From Chlamydiia bacterium (GTDB taxonomy: Bacteria; Chlamydiota; Chlamydiia; Chlamydiales; Rhabdochlamydiaceae), in contig CAWDOQ010000010.1 of NCBI GenBank assembly GCA_963804085.1, positions 1 to 64,000 on the forward strand: DNA of 64,000 bases, given 5' to 3'. A program made the position numbers and the translations under genes. Below the pieces are notes generated by a model. The model was not told the origin of the DNA and did not search any database. It saw only the letters and a program-made list of their open reading frames with translations. Each line of letters opens with the position of its first letter. The stretch's first letter is position 1. Positions 11,490-24,904 of the stretch are shown piece by piece.

Positions 11490-12434
11490 CTACTCTGCTC
11501 CTTCTATCATTTTCCAACCTGCATCAAATCCCATTGTCTTGAGAAGCGGTGGCACAAAACGCCCGATTGCACGCTCTTTATCCTCAATCTCAAAACCCTC
11601 TTGCAAAAGAGAGGCTAGCTGCTGCTCGGATAATCTTCGATTGTCTATATCTAATTTCCGCTTCGTCTTTGCGTAAAATAAAGAGCCATCTCTGCGGTGG
11701 GCATAGCGATTGATGCGCAGCACATGTTTTTCCACAAGCATGCTGGTCTGATTATTGGCAAAGAGACACTCATAAGGCGGCCATACAAATGTGGTACACT
11801 CTTCGGGCTTAAAGATCGTCTTGACGACATCTTTTTGAAGATTGCGTGTCTCATCGTATGAGAGTTCCAGAGCTTCTATCACAAGTGCTTTGGGAATCGG
11901 ATCCGCATAGGAAGAAGCATTAAAACTATCGATTGCAAACGTAATACCTGCATGCTCTTTATGCCTTGTTAAGATCTCACGAAATGTAGTTTTTTCACCG
12001 GGGACAAGAAACTCATTGATGTCGAGAAAAACGAGCCAGGTTGTTTCATGACCCGCCTTTACCTTAATCGCATTCTCATAAGCAGAGACCTGCGTACTCA
12101 GTGCCCACATAAAGGCTTTGTCGTCGCTATAATCGTGCAAAAAATCTGGCCAATTGACCAACGTGACGACTCCTTGTTTAAGGTAAGGAGCGAGCACCCT
12201 TTTGAAATGGTCTGTGCTATTATTATTATAAAGATAAAAGTGGTCAACACCCACTAGTCGATGGTACTCGATCCACTCTTTTAAATACCTCGCCTCATTT
12301 TTAAAAATCGCACAGACCGATAAGTTGTGCTTTTTTAATTTTTGCGAAGAAGCAATTGATTCCTGCGCATGTAACAAGTGAGATAGCAAGAGCAGAAAAA
12401 ATGTTAAATATTTCATCATAAAATCCTTATTCAT
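11490..12434 (-). CDS. GT92 (DUF23)-like glycosyltransferase
   Basis: LSVCAIFKNEARYLKEWIEYHRLVGVDHFYLYNNNS and WLVFLDINEF motifs; signal/anchor. Confidence 0.82.
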   Translation of the reverse strand: MNKDFMMKYLTFFLLLLSHLLHAQESIASSQKLKKHNLSVCAIFKNEARYLKEWIEYHRLVGVDHFYLYNNNSTDHFKRVLAPYLKQGVVTLVNWPDFLHDYSDDKAFMWALSTQVSAYENAIKVKAGHETTWLVFLDINEFLVPGEKTTFREILTRHKEHAGITFAIDSFNASSYADPIPKALVIEALELSYDETRNLQKDVVKTIFKPEECTTFVWPPYECLFANNQTSMLVEKHVLRINRYAHRRDGSLFYAKTKRKLDIDNRRLSEQQLASLLQEGFEIEDKERAIGRFVPPLLKTMGFDAGWKMIEGAE

Positions 12435-12449
12435 TCAGATCCCTAACAA

Positions 12450-15758
<3,309 letters not shown>

Positions 15759-15824
15759 TAATTTTTTGGATGGAGCGCGAATCTATTTACAAAATCCCCC
15801 CTCGTGCCTACACTAAACAGCCTA

Positions 15825-16724
15825 ATGATGAAAAAATTTTTGCCACTTTTGCTTTTGCTGGGAATGCTTGTAGGATGCTCGAAAAAAGAAGCTTCTACTT
15901 CTCCTAATGCCAAGCCGCGTGTACTGGTGAGCATTGCACCCTACGCCTACTTTGTGGGGCGCATTGCTAAAGAGACCGTTTCAATTCAGAATCTTGTGCC
16001 TCTGGGTGCAAATCCCCATATGTTTGAGCCCTCGCCACGCGAGGTGCAGCAGGCATATGGAGGAGCTCTTTGGATACGCATCGGTGAGCCATTCGAAGAA
16101 AAAATCGCAACTGTTTTAAAAGAGCAAAATCCCAAGCTCTCTGTTGTCGAGATCTGGAAAGAGGTAACGCTTCTAACTCTTGATGAAGATGAGGAAGAGC
16201 TATGCCAGCATGGCCATCACCACCACGAAGATGCAAAAGATAGACACATCTGGCTCAGCCTAAGGCTAGCTAAAGCGCAAGCGACCCGCATCGAAGAGGA
16301 GCTGGTGCGCCTGCTTCCTGCACACCGCGCTTTTTATGAAAAAAATCTGCAGCAGTTCTTAGAAGATTTGGATAAGCTCGACGAGGAGTTTAGCGCCCTC
16401 TTTACTCCGCTTCAGGGTAGCGCCATTTTAGTCTCGCACCCTGCCTTTGGTTATTTCTGCCACGACTATAAACTCGTGCAGCTCTCTGTTGAATGCGAAG
16501 GAAAAGACCCGCTCCCTCAGGATGTGAGCCGCATCTTACAAAGAGCAGAAGAGGCGCATGTGCAAAGCGCTCTTGTCCAAACCTCTTACAACAACAAGGG
16601 CACAGAGCTCATCGCAGAAAAATTAGAGATCCCGATCTACTCGATCGACCCCTACTCGGGAGACTATCTCAACAATATGCGCTATCTTGCGCAAACAATC
16701 TTGCATACATGTCCGAAGAAATAA
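15825..16724 (+). CDS. Zn/Mn ABC transporter substrate-binding lipoprotein (ZnuA/TroA family)
   Basis: Lipobox LVGC; GANPHMFEP, His/acidic loop, DRHIWLS, HPAFGYF. Confidence 0.92.
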   Translation: MMKKFLPLLLLLGMLVGCSKKEASTSPNAKPRVLVSIAPYAYFVGRIAKETVSIQNLVPLGANPHMFEPSPREVQQAYGGALWIRIGEPFEEKIATVLKEQNPKLSVVEIWKEVTLLTLDEDEEELCQHGHHHHEDAKDRHIWLSLRLAKAQATRIEEELVRLLPAHRAFYEKNLQQFLEDLDKLDEEFSALFTPLQGSAILVSHPAFGYFCHDYKLVQLSVECEGKDPLPQDVSRILQRAEEAHVQSALVQTSYNNKGTELIAEKLEIPIYSIDPYSGDYLNNMRYLAQTILHTCPKK

Positions 16725-17428
16725 TCGCGATCCAAGACTTAAGCTTTAGCTACGATAAGAAGACGCGCGTCTTAGAAAATATCTCCCTTCGCATTTCGCG
16801 AGGAGAGTTTATCGGGATCTTTGGGCCCAATGGCGGAGGAAAGACCACCTTTTTGCAGCTTTTGATGGGCTTTTTAAAACCCACAAGAGGCAGCATCTCT
16901 CTTTTCGGGACTGAGCCGAAAAAAGCAAGAAAACGTATCGGCTATGTGCCGCAGTATGCGCGCTTTGATAAAGAGTTTCCCTTAACTGTTTTAGAGCTCG
17001 TGCTCATGGGGATGCTTTCCGAGGAGACTTTTTGGGGAAGATTTACTAAAGAGACAAAGAAAAAAGCAGAAGAAGCGCTAGAAAAGGTAGCGCTGCTGCA
17101 TAAAAAAGATGCGGCTTTTGGCACACTTTCCGGCGGTCAAGCCCAAAGAGCGCTAATCGCTCGCGCGCTTGTCTCCCAGCCCGATCTACTTCTGCTCGAT
17201 GAACCAACAGCAAGCGTCGATCCCGACGCCGAGCAGCAGATTTATGAGCTTCTCCTCACTCTGCCAAGTCACATGACCATTTTAATGGTGACGCATAATT
17301 TGCAAGGTATCGTCAGCAAAGCAAAACGGCTGCTCTGCATCAGCCGCGAAGTCACCGTATATGCCCCGCAGGATGTTTGCGGGCATTATGCCCTGGGCCT
17401 CTATCACCCACCCTTGAGACAAAAATGA
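16709..17428 (+). CDS. Zn/Mn ABC transporter ATP-binding protein
   Basis: GPNGGGKTT, LSGGQAQR, LLLLDEP; ATG at 16709 overlaps the SBP end. Confidence 0.93.
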   Translation: MSEEIIAIQDLSFSYDKKTRVLENISLRISRGEFIGIFGPNGGGKTTFLQLLMGFLKPTRGSISLFGTEPKKARKRIGYVPQYARFDKEFPLTVLELVLMGMLSEETFWGRFTKETKKKAEEALEKVALLHKKDAAFGTLSGGQAQRALIARALVSQPDLLLLDEPTASVDPDAEQQIYELLLTLPSHMTILMVTHNLQGIVSKAKRLLCISREVTVYAPQDVCGHYALGLYHPPLRQK

Positions 17429-17471
17429 TTCTTCAATCGAGCCCGAGCCATATGCAACCTTCCCCCTTCTG

Positions 17472-18064
17472 CAATCGCGCCCGCTTCCGCGCCCGCATGC
17501 GCGCCCGATCTTCTCCTCTTCCCCACTCTTTCCATCTCTTTCTTCTTCCTTCTCATAAAAGAAAATTATCAATAACCTATTCCAAATCATGACATTAACC
17601 AAAGCAATTCCATCCATCTATCCCAATTCGCCTTACTTTGATCATGAAAAATTGGATGTATACAAGGTCGCAATACAGTTTATTATTTTGACCAATGAAA
17701 TTATAAAACAGTTGCCAAAGGGAAACGCCCACCTTTGCGATCAGCTTTTAAGAGCGGCTACGTCAATCCCCTTGAATATTGCTGAAGGGGCCGGAGAATA
17801 TTCAAGCAACGAAAAGGGACGATTTTATCGCATGGCAAGACGCTCAGGAACAGAATGTGTTGCTATTATCGATGTTTGTTATCATCTGCAACTCGTTCAA
17901 GACCCGCTCTTTCAAAAAGCAAGAGAATTACTTAACCGAATTGTGGCTATGTTGACAAAGTTAGCGCAAGGGTTAACAACATAAAGAAAGAAAGAAAGAA
18001 AGAAAGAAAGAAGGAAGAAGATGAAGATCGGGCGCGCATGCGGGCGCGGAAGCGGGCGCGATTG
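17472..18064. mobile_element. Inverted-repeat-bounded four-helix-bundle gene cassette
   Basis: Perfect 42-bp inverted repeat 17472-17513 / 18023-18064 enclosing one ORF, between the ABC ATPase and permease; mobility is inferred. Confidence 0.65.
17589..17984 (+). CDS. Four helix bundle protein (23S rRNA IVS-protein family)
   Basis: FDHEKLDVY, DQLLRAATSIPLNIAEGAG, RFYRMARRSGTEC, RIVAMLTKL. Confidence 0.9.
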   Translation: MTLTKAIPSIYPNSPYFDHEKLDVYKVAIQFIILTNEIIKQLPKGNAHLCDQLLRAATSIPLNIAEGAGEYSSNEKGRFYRMARRSGTECVAIIDVCYHLQLVQDPLFQKARELLNRIVAMLTKLAQGLTT

Positions 18065-18095
18065 AAGAAAAAGATTTCGGACGAAACCAACGAAT

Positions 18096-18926
18096 ATGAA
18101 CATTTTTGAAGCCTTTTACACAAATCCCTTTCTGCTGATGGCGCTACTAGCAGGATTTGCCGCGTCCGTTACGGGCGGGATTATGGGCTCGTATGTGGTG
18201 ATTAAAAGGATCGTCTTTATCAGCGGGAGTATCTCCCACTCGGTGCTAGGCGGGATGGGATTCTGTCTCTGGTTAAGACGGGTCTACAATATCGAATGGA
18301 TCACCACTTTTCATGGTGCGCTTTTGGCAGCCCTGCTCTCTGCACTGCTCATCGGCTGGATCCATCTGAAATATCGGGAACGGGAAGACACGGTGATCGC
18401 AGCTCTCTGGTCGACAGGCATGTCGCTTGGCGTCATTTTTATTGCACTGACACCTGGCTACAATGTAGAGCTGATCAACTTTCTCTTTGGCAACATCTTA
18501 TGGGTGAGCTCGAGCGATCTTAAGCAGCTGCTCGGCTTGGACCTTATCGTCCTTGTAGCCACTGCTCTTTTTCACCACCGGTTTGTCGCGATCTCTTTTG
18601 ACGAAAAGCAGGCGCTTTTGCAGGGAGTGCGTACAAATACGCTCTACCTACTTATGCTCTCACTTGTCGCGTTATCTGTGGTGCTGCTCATACAAGTGGT
18701 AGGGGCGATTTTAGTGATTGCAATGCTCGCGATTCCGGCAGCCATTGCAGGCACCTTCACACACCACCTACCGAGAATGATGGCATTGGCGATCCTTTTC
18801 GGATGTCTCTTTACATTGCTCGGGACTTCCGCGTCGTTTATATTCAACTGGCCGCCAGGCGCCACCATCTCGCTATGTGCTGCTCTTTTCTACTGCGCCT
18901 CTTTGGGCTGGCGCAGACGCGCTTAA
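18096..18926 (+). CDS. Zn/Mn ABC transporter permease
   Basis: GSISHSVLGG, FLFGNIL, VVGAILVIAMLAIP; multiple TM segments. Confidence 0.92.
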   Translation: MNIFEAFYTNPFLLMALLAGFAASVTGGIMGSYVVIKRIVFISGSISHSVLGGMGFCLWLRRVYNIEWITTFHGALLAALLSALLIGWIHLKYREREDTVIAALWSTGMSLGVIFIALTPGYNVELINFLFGNILWVSSSDLKQLLGLDLIVLVATALFHHRFVAISFDEKQALLQGVRTNTLYLLMLSLVALSVVLLIQVVGAILVIAMLAIPAAIAGTFTHHLPRMMALAILFGCLFTLLGTSASFIFNWPPGATISLCAALFYCASLGWRRRA

Positions 18927-19042
18927 AGTCCGCAATAGCGGCTTAAAAAAGTGCGCCAACGGCTTGGTTTTTTTGATACATATTCCGCTTCTGCTTTCTT
19001 GCCTTTACGTGATACATATGCTGCTTTTGCTCTCTTTTTCAT
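18923..19042 (-). CDS. Small basic protein, 39 aa
   Basis: Manual translation MKKRAKAAYVSRKGKKAEAEYVSKKPSRWRTFLSRYCGL; AGGGG RBS upstream. Confidence 0.5.
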   Translation of the reverse strand: MKKRAKAAYVSRKGKKAEAEYVSKKPSRWRTFLSRYCGL

Positions 19043-19066
19043 ACAAATCCCCTTTCTGGTTTTATT

Positions 19067-19195
19067 TTAAGTGAAATACCTACGGGAGAAGATGCTAAGA
19101 GCCCTTTGCTCTTTATTCATCCCCTCTTTACTGCGATGCTTACGGTGCGTCTTAAAAGTAATTTTCGATGCTTTTCTTTTATTATAAGCCTTCAT
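19067..19195 (-). CDS. Small basic protein, 42 aa
   Basis: Manual translation MKAYNKRKASKITFKTHRKHRSKEGMNKEQRALSIFSRRYFT; AAGGAG RBS upstream. Confidence 0.55.
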   Translation of the reverse strand: MKAYNKRKASKITFKTHRKHRSKEGMNKEQRALSIFSRRYFT

Positions 19196-19310
19196 AAATC
19201 ACTCCTTAATTACATTTGCTTTTAACTTTATATTAGAAACAACTGCTTTATTAATCAAATGAATTATTTTAATTATAAAAATCGTAAATTAAAGAAACGC
19301 TGAAACGCTC

Positions 19311-19340
19311 TTGACTTAGAATCGCTTACTCCACTATTAT
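19311..19340 (+). promoter_or_regulatory. Sigma70/sigma66-type promoter for rplU-rpmA-obgE
   Basis: TTGACT-N18-TATTAT upstream of an AGGAGG RBS. Confidence 0.5.
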
Positions 19341-19363
19341 CGCCATTTTCTTAGGAGGAATCC

Positions 19364-19675
19364 ATGTACGCAATCATCGAATCAGGCGGCAAGCAGTTCC
19401 GCGTCGAGAAAGGAGACGTCATTGATGTCGAGCTACTCTCTCCCGCAGACAGCGGTAAGGTCGAATTTAAAAACGTTCTTTTTCTTCACAATGGAAAAGC
19501 AGCCAAGATTGGCTCTCCCCATGTCCCGAAATCGACCGTAGTGGGCGAGTTTGTCCAAGAGATGAAAGGCCCTAAAGTCATCGCGTTTAAATACAAGAGA
19601 CGCAAACAGATCCGCCGCAAGGTGGGACACCGTCAGCGCTACTCTCGCGTTAAAATCACAGATATCGTAGGTTAA
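19364..19675 (+). CDS. rplU: 50S ribosomal protein L21
   Basis: MYAIIESGGKQFRV..GHRQ. Confidence 0.97.
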   Translation: MYAIIESGGKQFRVEKGDVIDVELLSPADSGKVEFKNVLFLHNGKAAKIGSPHVPKSTVVGEFVQEMKGPKVIAFKYKRRKQIRRKVGHRQRYSRVKITDIVG

Positions 19676-19684
19676 CGAGGACAT

Positions 19685-19936
19685 ATGGCACATAAGAAAG
19701 GACAAGGATCGACTCGTAACGGTCGCGACTCTAATGCACAGCGCCTTGGCGTAAAAGCTACCGGCGGCGAGTTTGTAAGAGCGGGCAGTATTATCGTACG
19801 CCAAAGAGGTACAAAGTGGTACCCTGCGAAAAATGTGGGCGTCGGAAAAGACTACACCCTATTTGCCCTAATCGATGGCATCGTTACCTACCGCAAAGGC
19901 GCTAAGACCTTTGTGTCGGTACAGCCAGCAGCTTAA
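19685..19936 (+). CDS. rpmA: 50S ribosomal protein L27
   Basis: [21 protein letters not shown]. Confidence 0.98.
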   Translation: MAHKKGQGSTRNGRDSNAQRLGVKATGGEFVRAGSIIVRQRGTKWYPAKNVGVGKDYTLFALIDGIVTYRKGAKTFVSVQPAA

Positions 19937-19948
19937 ATATAATCTCCC

Positions 19949-20968
19949 ATGTTCGTCGACACAGTTACAGTCACACTTTCGGCGGGCAAGGGAGGAAATG
20001 GTGTCGTCGCATGGCGACGCGAAAAGTTCATTCCTAAAGGCGGCCCCTCCGGCGGAAACGGCGGCAAGGGCGGCTCGATCATCCTCCAGACAGAAGCGCA
20101 GATCACCTCCCTAGAAGGCTTCCGCAATAGACGCATCATTAAAGCAGAGAACGGCAACCCCGGCGGAGGCGCGTTAAAACAAGGTAGAGGCGGCCGCGAT
20201 CTCATACTAAAAATCCCCTGTGGAACACTCGTCAAAAACGCCAAGACAAAAGAGGTTCTTTTCGATTTTACGGAGGACAAACAAGAGTGGCTCATCTGCA
20301 AGGGAGGACGTGGAGGTAGAGGCAACGCTTCGTTTAGATCGCCTACTCATCAAGCCCCCAACATCTGTACAGAAGGGACACCCGGCCAAAACATTGAGAT
20401 CGAACTCGAGCTCAAGCTGATTGCTGACATCGGCCTAGTTGGCTATCCCAACGCAGGCAAATCCACTCTTCTCTCGAAAGTTACCCATCTGCCCGTAAAA
20501 ATTGGCGCTTACCCCTTTACCACACTCTCTCCCAATTTAAGCTACATCCAGTGCCAAGACCGCTCCCGCGTCCTAGTCGCCGACATCCCCGGTATCATCG
20601 AGTATGCCCACGAAAATAAAGGCCTTGGCCTTGCTTTCCTGCGCCATATCGAGCGGACATCCGCTTTAGTCTATGTGATTGATATCTCCGGCTTTGAAGA
20701 GCGCGACCCTTTCTGCGACTTTGAAGTCCTGCAAAGCGAGCTTCGCTCCTACCAACCAGGGATGTTAGAAAAGCCCTTCCTAGTCGCCCTAAACAAGATC
20801 GACATGGAAGGCGCCCAAGAACAGATCGAGCGCTTCCGCGCCCGCTACCCGTTCGACCCCGAAACCCTCTTTGAAATCTCTGCCATGAATGAAGAGGGGC
20901 TAGAGCCTCTCGTCGAAAGAATGAAGCAACTTAAACTAACGCATACTCCTGCTTTAGCCAGCGTATAA
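19949..20968 (+). CDS. obgE: GTPase ObgE
   Basis: Gly-rich Obg domain, GYPNAGKST, YPFTT, DIPG, NKID. Confidence 0.97.
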   Translation: MFVDTVTVTLSAGKGGNGVVAWRREKFIPKGGPSGGNGGKGGSIILQTEAQITSLEGFRNRRIIKAENGNPGGGALKQGRGGRDLILKIPCGTLVKNAKTKEVLFDFTEDKQEWLICKGGRGGRGNASFRSPTHQAPNICTEGTPGQNIEIELELKLIADIGLVGYPNAGKSTLLSKVTHLPVKIGAYPFTTLSPNLSYIQCQDRSRVLVADIPGIIEYAHENKGLGLAFLRHIERTSALVYVIDISGFEERDPFCDFEVLQSELRSYQPGMLEKPFLVALNKIDMEGAQEQIERFRARYPFDPETLFEISAMNEEGLEPLVERMKQLKLTHTPALASV

Positions 20969-21397
20969 CGTCATCGTTAGAGCGTCAAAAATTCGAGCTT
21001 CCAAACACAAATAAGTTGTAGTCAAATCAGTAAAAATTCTGAGAAGTCCACGATGTGACTGAACAATCCACTATCCACGACACTTTCGTTCACACCATAA
21101 AAATGACAAATGTCAATCTTATGCTATAAAAAGCTCGTTCAAATTTTATAGCATAAAGACGACATTTGTCGATTTGCTGATAGCTTTTTGTGGCATTAAA
21201 ATCAGCAGCAAACATGCAAATATCGATTTATACTGATTTATAGCGTTGTATAGCCATGTATAGCTATACGCGATGACTTGTTCCCCCAAAATTTACTTTT
21301 AAAATCTCTGCCATGAATGAAGAGGGGCTAGAGCCCCTCGTCGAAAAGATGAAACAACTTAAGCTTTTGCAAGCTCCTGCTCTAGCCAGCGTATAAC
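20874..21397 (+). repeat. Imperfect 96-bp direct repeat of the obgE 3' end (20874-20969 / 21302-21397)
   Basis: First 34 nt identical, remainder diverged; copies encode ISAMNEEGLEPLVERMKQLKLTHTPALASV* and ISAMNEEGLEPLVEKMKQLKLLQAPALASV*. Confidence 0.92.
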
Positions 21398-21616
21398 TTG
21401 ATCGATGGAAGGACGCATTCCTGGCTGTTGCTGCGTCATGCTTATAAGCAGTTCACGCTCAAATGAGCCTGCATCTTTGTTCAATGCCGCTTTGTCTTCG
21501 TATAACATCTGACAAAAAGTCACACCGAGAGAATAGATATCCAGGGAGAGCTTTTCTTTCTTCGTACCCCCCAAAAAAAAATTGATAAGTGCTTGACCGA
21601 AATAGGGTCGCGCCAT
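21359..21616 (-). pseudogene. Ser/Thr protein kinase C-lobe remnant
   Basis: DIYSLGVTFCQM and MTQQQPGMRPSIDQV resemble kinase subdomains IX and XI; no N-lobe or catalytic loop seen. Confidence 0.55.
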
Positions 21617-21674
21617 AGGATGCGAATAAAAGAATTCATTTTAAAGAAGGGCTCAAGTTAGCCCAAAACAACTG

Positions 21675-23578
21675 GTGGTATCCATTAGAAACTTACAATC
21701 AAAGCTACTTTCTGCAGTAGGAATTCTGGCGCTCACAATGATGACGCCGGATGCAGAAGCTGTTACGAATATTCCAAATGGTAATACCGTGACAGCCCCC
21801 CGCAGGCTAATGATACAATAAACTTTCAGGCACCCGCTCCCGGCGGTACCTTTGTCATTGAGCCAGGTACCACATTTATTGGCGCTATAACAAACGCAGC
21901 CGCAGGCATAGGAACACTGGTGCTTAACAATGCTAGCCAATTAAATGGTGCTGTTGCGACCGGCGTGAGCCCATTATTAAATGTGAATCTCAGTGGTAAT
22001 GCCACTATCATCGGTGCCACTTCAGCACAAAATTTCAATCTTGGTCAGAATACCCTGACTAACCAGGGCGCTTTGAACCTTCCCTCAGGTATAGTTCTAA
22101 ACACCAAAGTCATTTCCGATGCACTCTTTGGTAACATCGCCGCTTCAGGAGCTGACTCGATTGCCGGAGCTTCTGTTCAAGTTAATGTGGACGCAAGTGG
22201 GGTAATAGCCTTAACGCCTGGCCAGCCTATATTTATTATTAGCGCAGCGGGGACTACATCTGGACTACCCGTCATTGTGACTAGCAACAACGTTCTGTAC
22301 AGCTTCAGCGGGAACAACTTGAATGGTAACATTACCATCACACCCACCCTAAATCCTGTTGTACCTATACCTCCTGTCGGAGCTGGAGTCGTGTTTACGG
22401 AACTTCTTGCAATTGCCGCTGCAAACCCCAACAGTGATATCGCTGCCGTTGTAGCCGCTCTTTCTGCTTTGCCCTCCGGAACAGACATAGCGAACGCGAT
22501 TTTAGAGTTTAACCCTTTCGCAGAGGGAGGACTGACACGCATGAGCTTCGAGTCTGCTAAGCAGTTTCAGCAGATTTGGGCGTTGCATATGACTAACGGT
22601 CGTTGCGTTTACGCACAAGAGTGTGACACGTGCGATACAGTAGACGAAAACGGAAAGCCCATAAGCCAGGCAAAACAAAATGAATGCAAAACGAAAAAAA
22701 ACTCCGGCTGCGACAGCTCGATCAATTGCGATTCTGTTAGCAATCGTTGGGAAGTCTGGGCAGATGGTTTTGGATTGTGGGGTCACCAAGGTAAGCATGA
22801 TTTGTTCCATGGCTATAATGCGAAACTTTATGGAGGAATGGTAGCCGCTCAGGGACCTATCTTCAGAGAATTAAGCGCGGGCTTCGGCGGTGGATATGCG
22901 AACACCACGATAAATCGAGCTCATGGCAACAGATCAAGAATCAACATGTACGATGCGACAGCCTACTTATCTTATAACCCAACGCGCTGGTATCTGGATA
23001 CTGCGTTCTCGTTCGATTACAATCGCTACCACGATAACAGACAGATTAAATTCACAGGCATCGACCGTACTGCAACGGGTCGTTATAATGGCCAGCAGTA
23101 CACAGGCCTGGTTGCCGGGGGCTATCGCTTCTACAAATGGTGTTCCATTTTCACGCCGCTTGCTTCTGTGCAATACTCATACTTGCATGTAGGTAAATAC
23201 CATGAGCGTGGCGCGGGAGATCTTAATTTGCATGTGAAGAGACAGAACTACAGTTTCTTAGAATCAAGCCTGGGATTGAAAGCTGCACGTCCGGTACAGA
23301 CTAGACACGGTGTGGTCGTTCCTGAAGTACACGGCTTATGGCTCTACGACTACTTTAATGATGCGATGAACGTCAAAGCTACCTTTTCCGGCGTAGCTGA
23401 GCAAACCGGTACGTTTAAAACAAAAGGGCCTGGTTTGGCCAGAAATAGAGGAGATGTGGGCGCAGGCATCACATTCATCTCTTGTATCGATCTAGCAGTT
23501 GAAGCTGTCTACAACTATGAATTCAGCCACAGATGGCATGCACACGAAGGTTTAATCAAAATTTCTCAGCAATTCTAG
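21675..23578 (+). CDS. Autotransporter outer-membrane protein (frameshift in the C run near 21795-21801)
   Basis: Signal-like N-terminus upstream of ORF 21920; Asn/Gly/Thr-rich passenger; beta-barrel (WADGFG.., TPLASVQYS, terminal F). Confidence 0.82.
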
Positions 23579-23583
23579 TCCAC

Positions 23584-23620
23584 TTGAACGGGGTTTCCCT
23601 GGGGAAACCCCCGTTCAAAA
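23584..23620 (+). terminator. Hairpin, probable intrinsic terminator after the autotransporter
   Basis: TTGAACGGGGTTTCCC / GGGAAACCCCCGTTCAA inverted repeat; no clear U-tract. Confidence 0.6.
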
Positions 23621-23684
23621 TGACGCCTCTGTACACTTCTAGTAATAATTGTCCAAATATCTAGATTCGTAATAGGGTGAGCCT

Positions 23685-24864
23685 ATGGGCAAATCCCGGA
23701 TTATCATCTTCATTTCGATATTGCTCATCTCGATCGGGCAATCGGTAGATATCTATGTGCCTTCGATGCCCTCCATGGTCGCTGCTTTGGGAACCAGTGA
23801 GGGATTGATACAGAGCTCGCTTGCAGCCGCACTCATCGGTTTTGGCTTGGCGGTCTTTGTCTGGGGACCCCTCTCAGATCATTTTGGACGCAAGGGGCCG
23901 ATCTTAATCGGCATCGGCATCTTTGTGTTAGGGAGTCTGGTGTGTCTTTCTGCGCAAAACATTTTCATGCTCATGCTAGGTCGTACGATTCAAGGATGCG
24001 GGATTGGGTGTGCTGGCACCACTCCCTCTTTATCGAAGGATGTGTTCGAAGGGGAAAAACTGATCAAGGCTTACTCCTATATCTCCATCGCGATGGCGGT
24101 GGTGCCAGTTGTTGCGCCGGTGCTCGGCGGTTACTTGCAAGTCTGGATCGGCTGGCGCGCCAATTTCGCGTTCTTGGCACTTTATGCTCTAGCGGTTTTG
24201 GTCTTCATTTATCGCAATCTGCCAGAGACAAACCTGCATCCAAAACAGGAAGAGCTGACCTTTTCTACGACTGTTTTTCGTTATGCAAGCCTATTGAAGA
24301 GCCGAGTGACTTGGATCCATCTATTCATTTTGATCGCAGTCACAGCTGGAGAGTTCACCTACTGCATCGCGCTTCCGTTTATCTCACAGAACATGCTGGG
24401 GTTTACGCCCGTTGGTAATGGATGGCTTATTGTGATAACGGCAGCGGGTCTGGCTATCGGAGGTCTCTTATCTTCCAAATGCAGTAGGTGGGGCTGGGAA
24501 AAACTTTTGCGTTTGGGATTATCGCTTGCAACAGCCGGTGCACTCTTCATGCTCCTATTTGCTCTCTTCAGGGTGCGCGGGATTGCCCCTGTCGTAGGCC
24601 CAATGATGCTCTACATGCTCGGGGCAGGGATGATATACCCCAACGTGATCGCAGCTCTAATGAGCGCCTATCCAAAGAAATCAGGCACAATGTCTAGTCT
24701 TATTGAGCGGCTTTCAAATGCTCGGCTCCGGCATCGTCATTTTATTTGTCAGCAACTCTTACAATAAAAATCCGATGCTCCTCGCGATTGTCTTAACTGT
24801 ACTGAGCGTGCTGGGGTTACTCGCCCATTTGTCTCTTCGGAGCTCTTCACAGAGAAAATATTGA
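23685..24864 (+). CDS. Bcr/CflA-family MFS efflux transporter (frameshift near 24703; true end ..LSLRSSSQRKY*)
   Basis: DIYVPSMP, GPLSDHFGRK, APVLGG..GWRANF; the final TM helices continue in another frame to TGA at 24864. Confidence 0.85.
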
Positions 24865-24904
24865 GCTTTTCTATTTTTTTGTATAAGATTTTCGCAGATA
24901 CAAA

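Noticed and set aside
17589-17984. Diversity-generating retroelement (Avd-like gene)
   Set aside because: No reverse transcriptase seen, and the duplicated gene ends do not show adenine-specific mismatches
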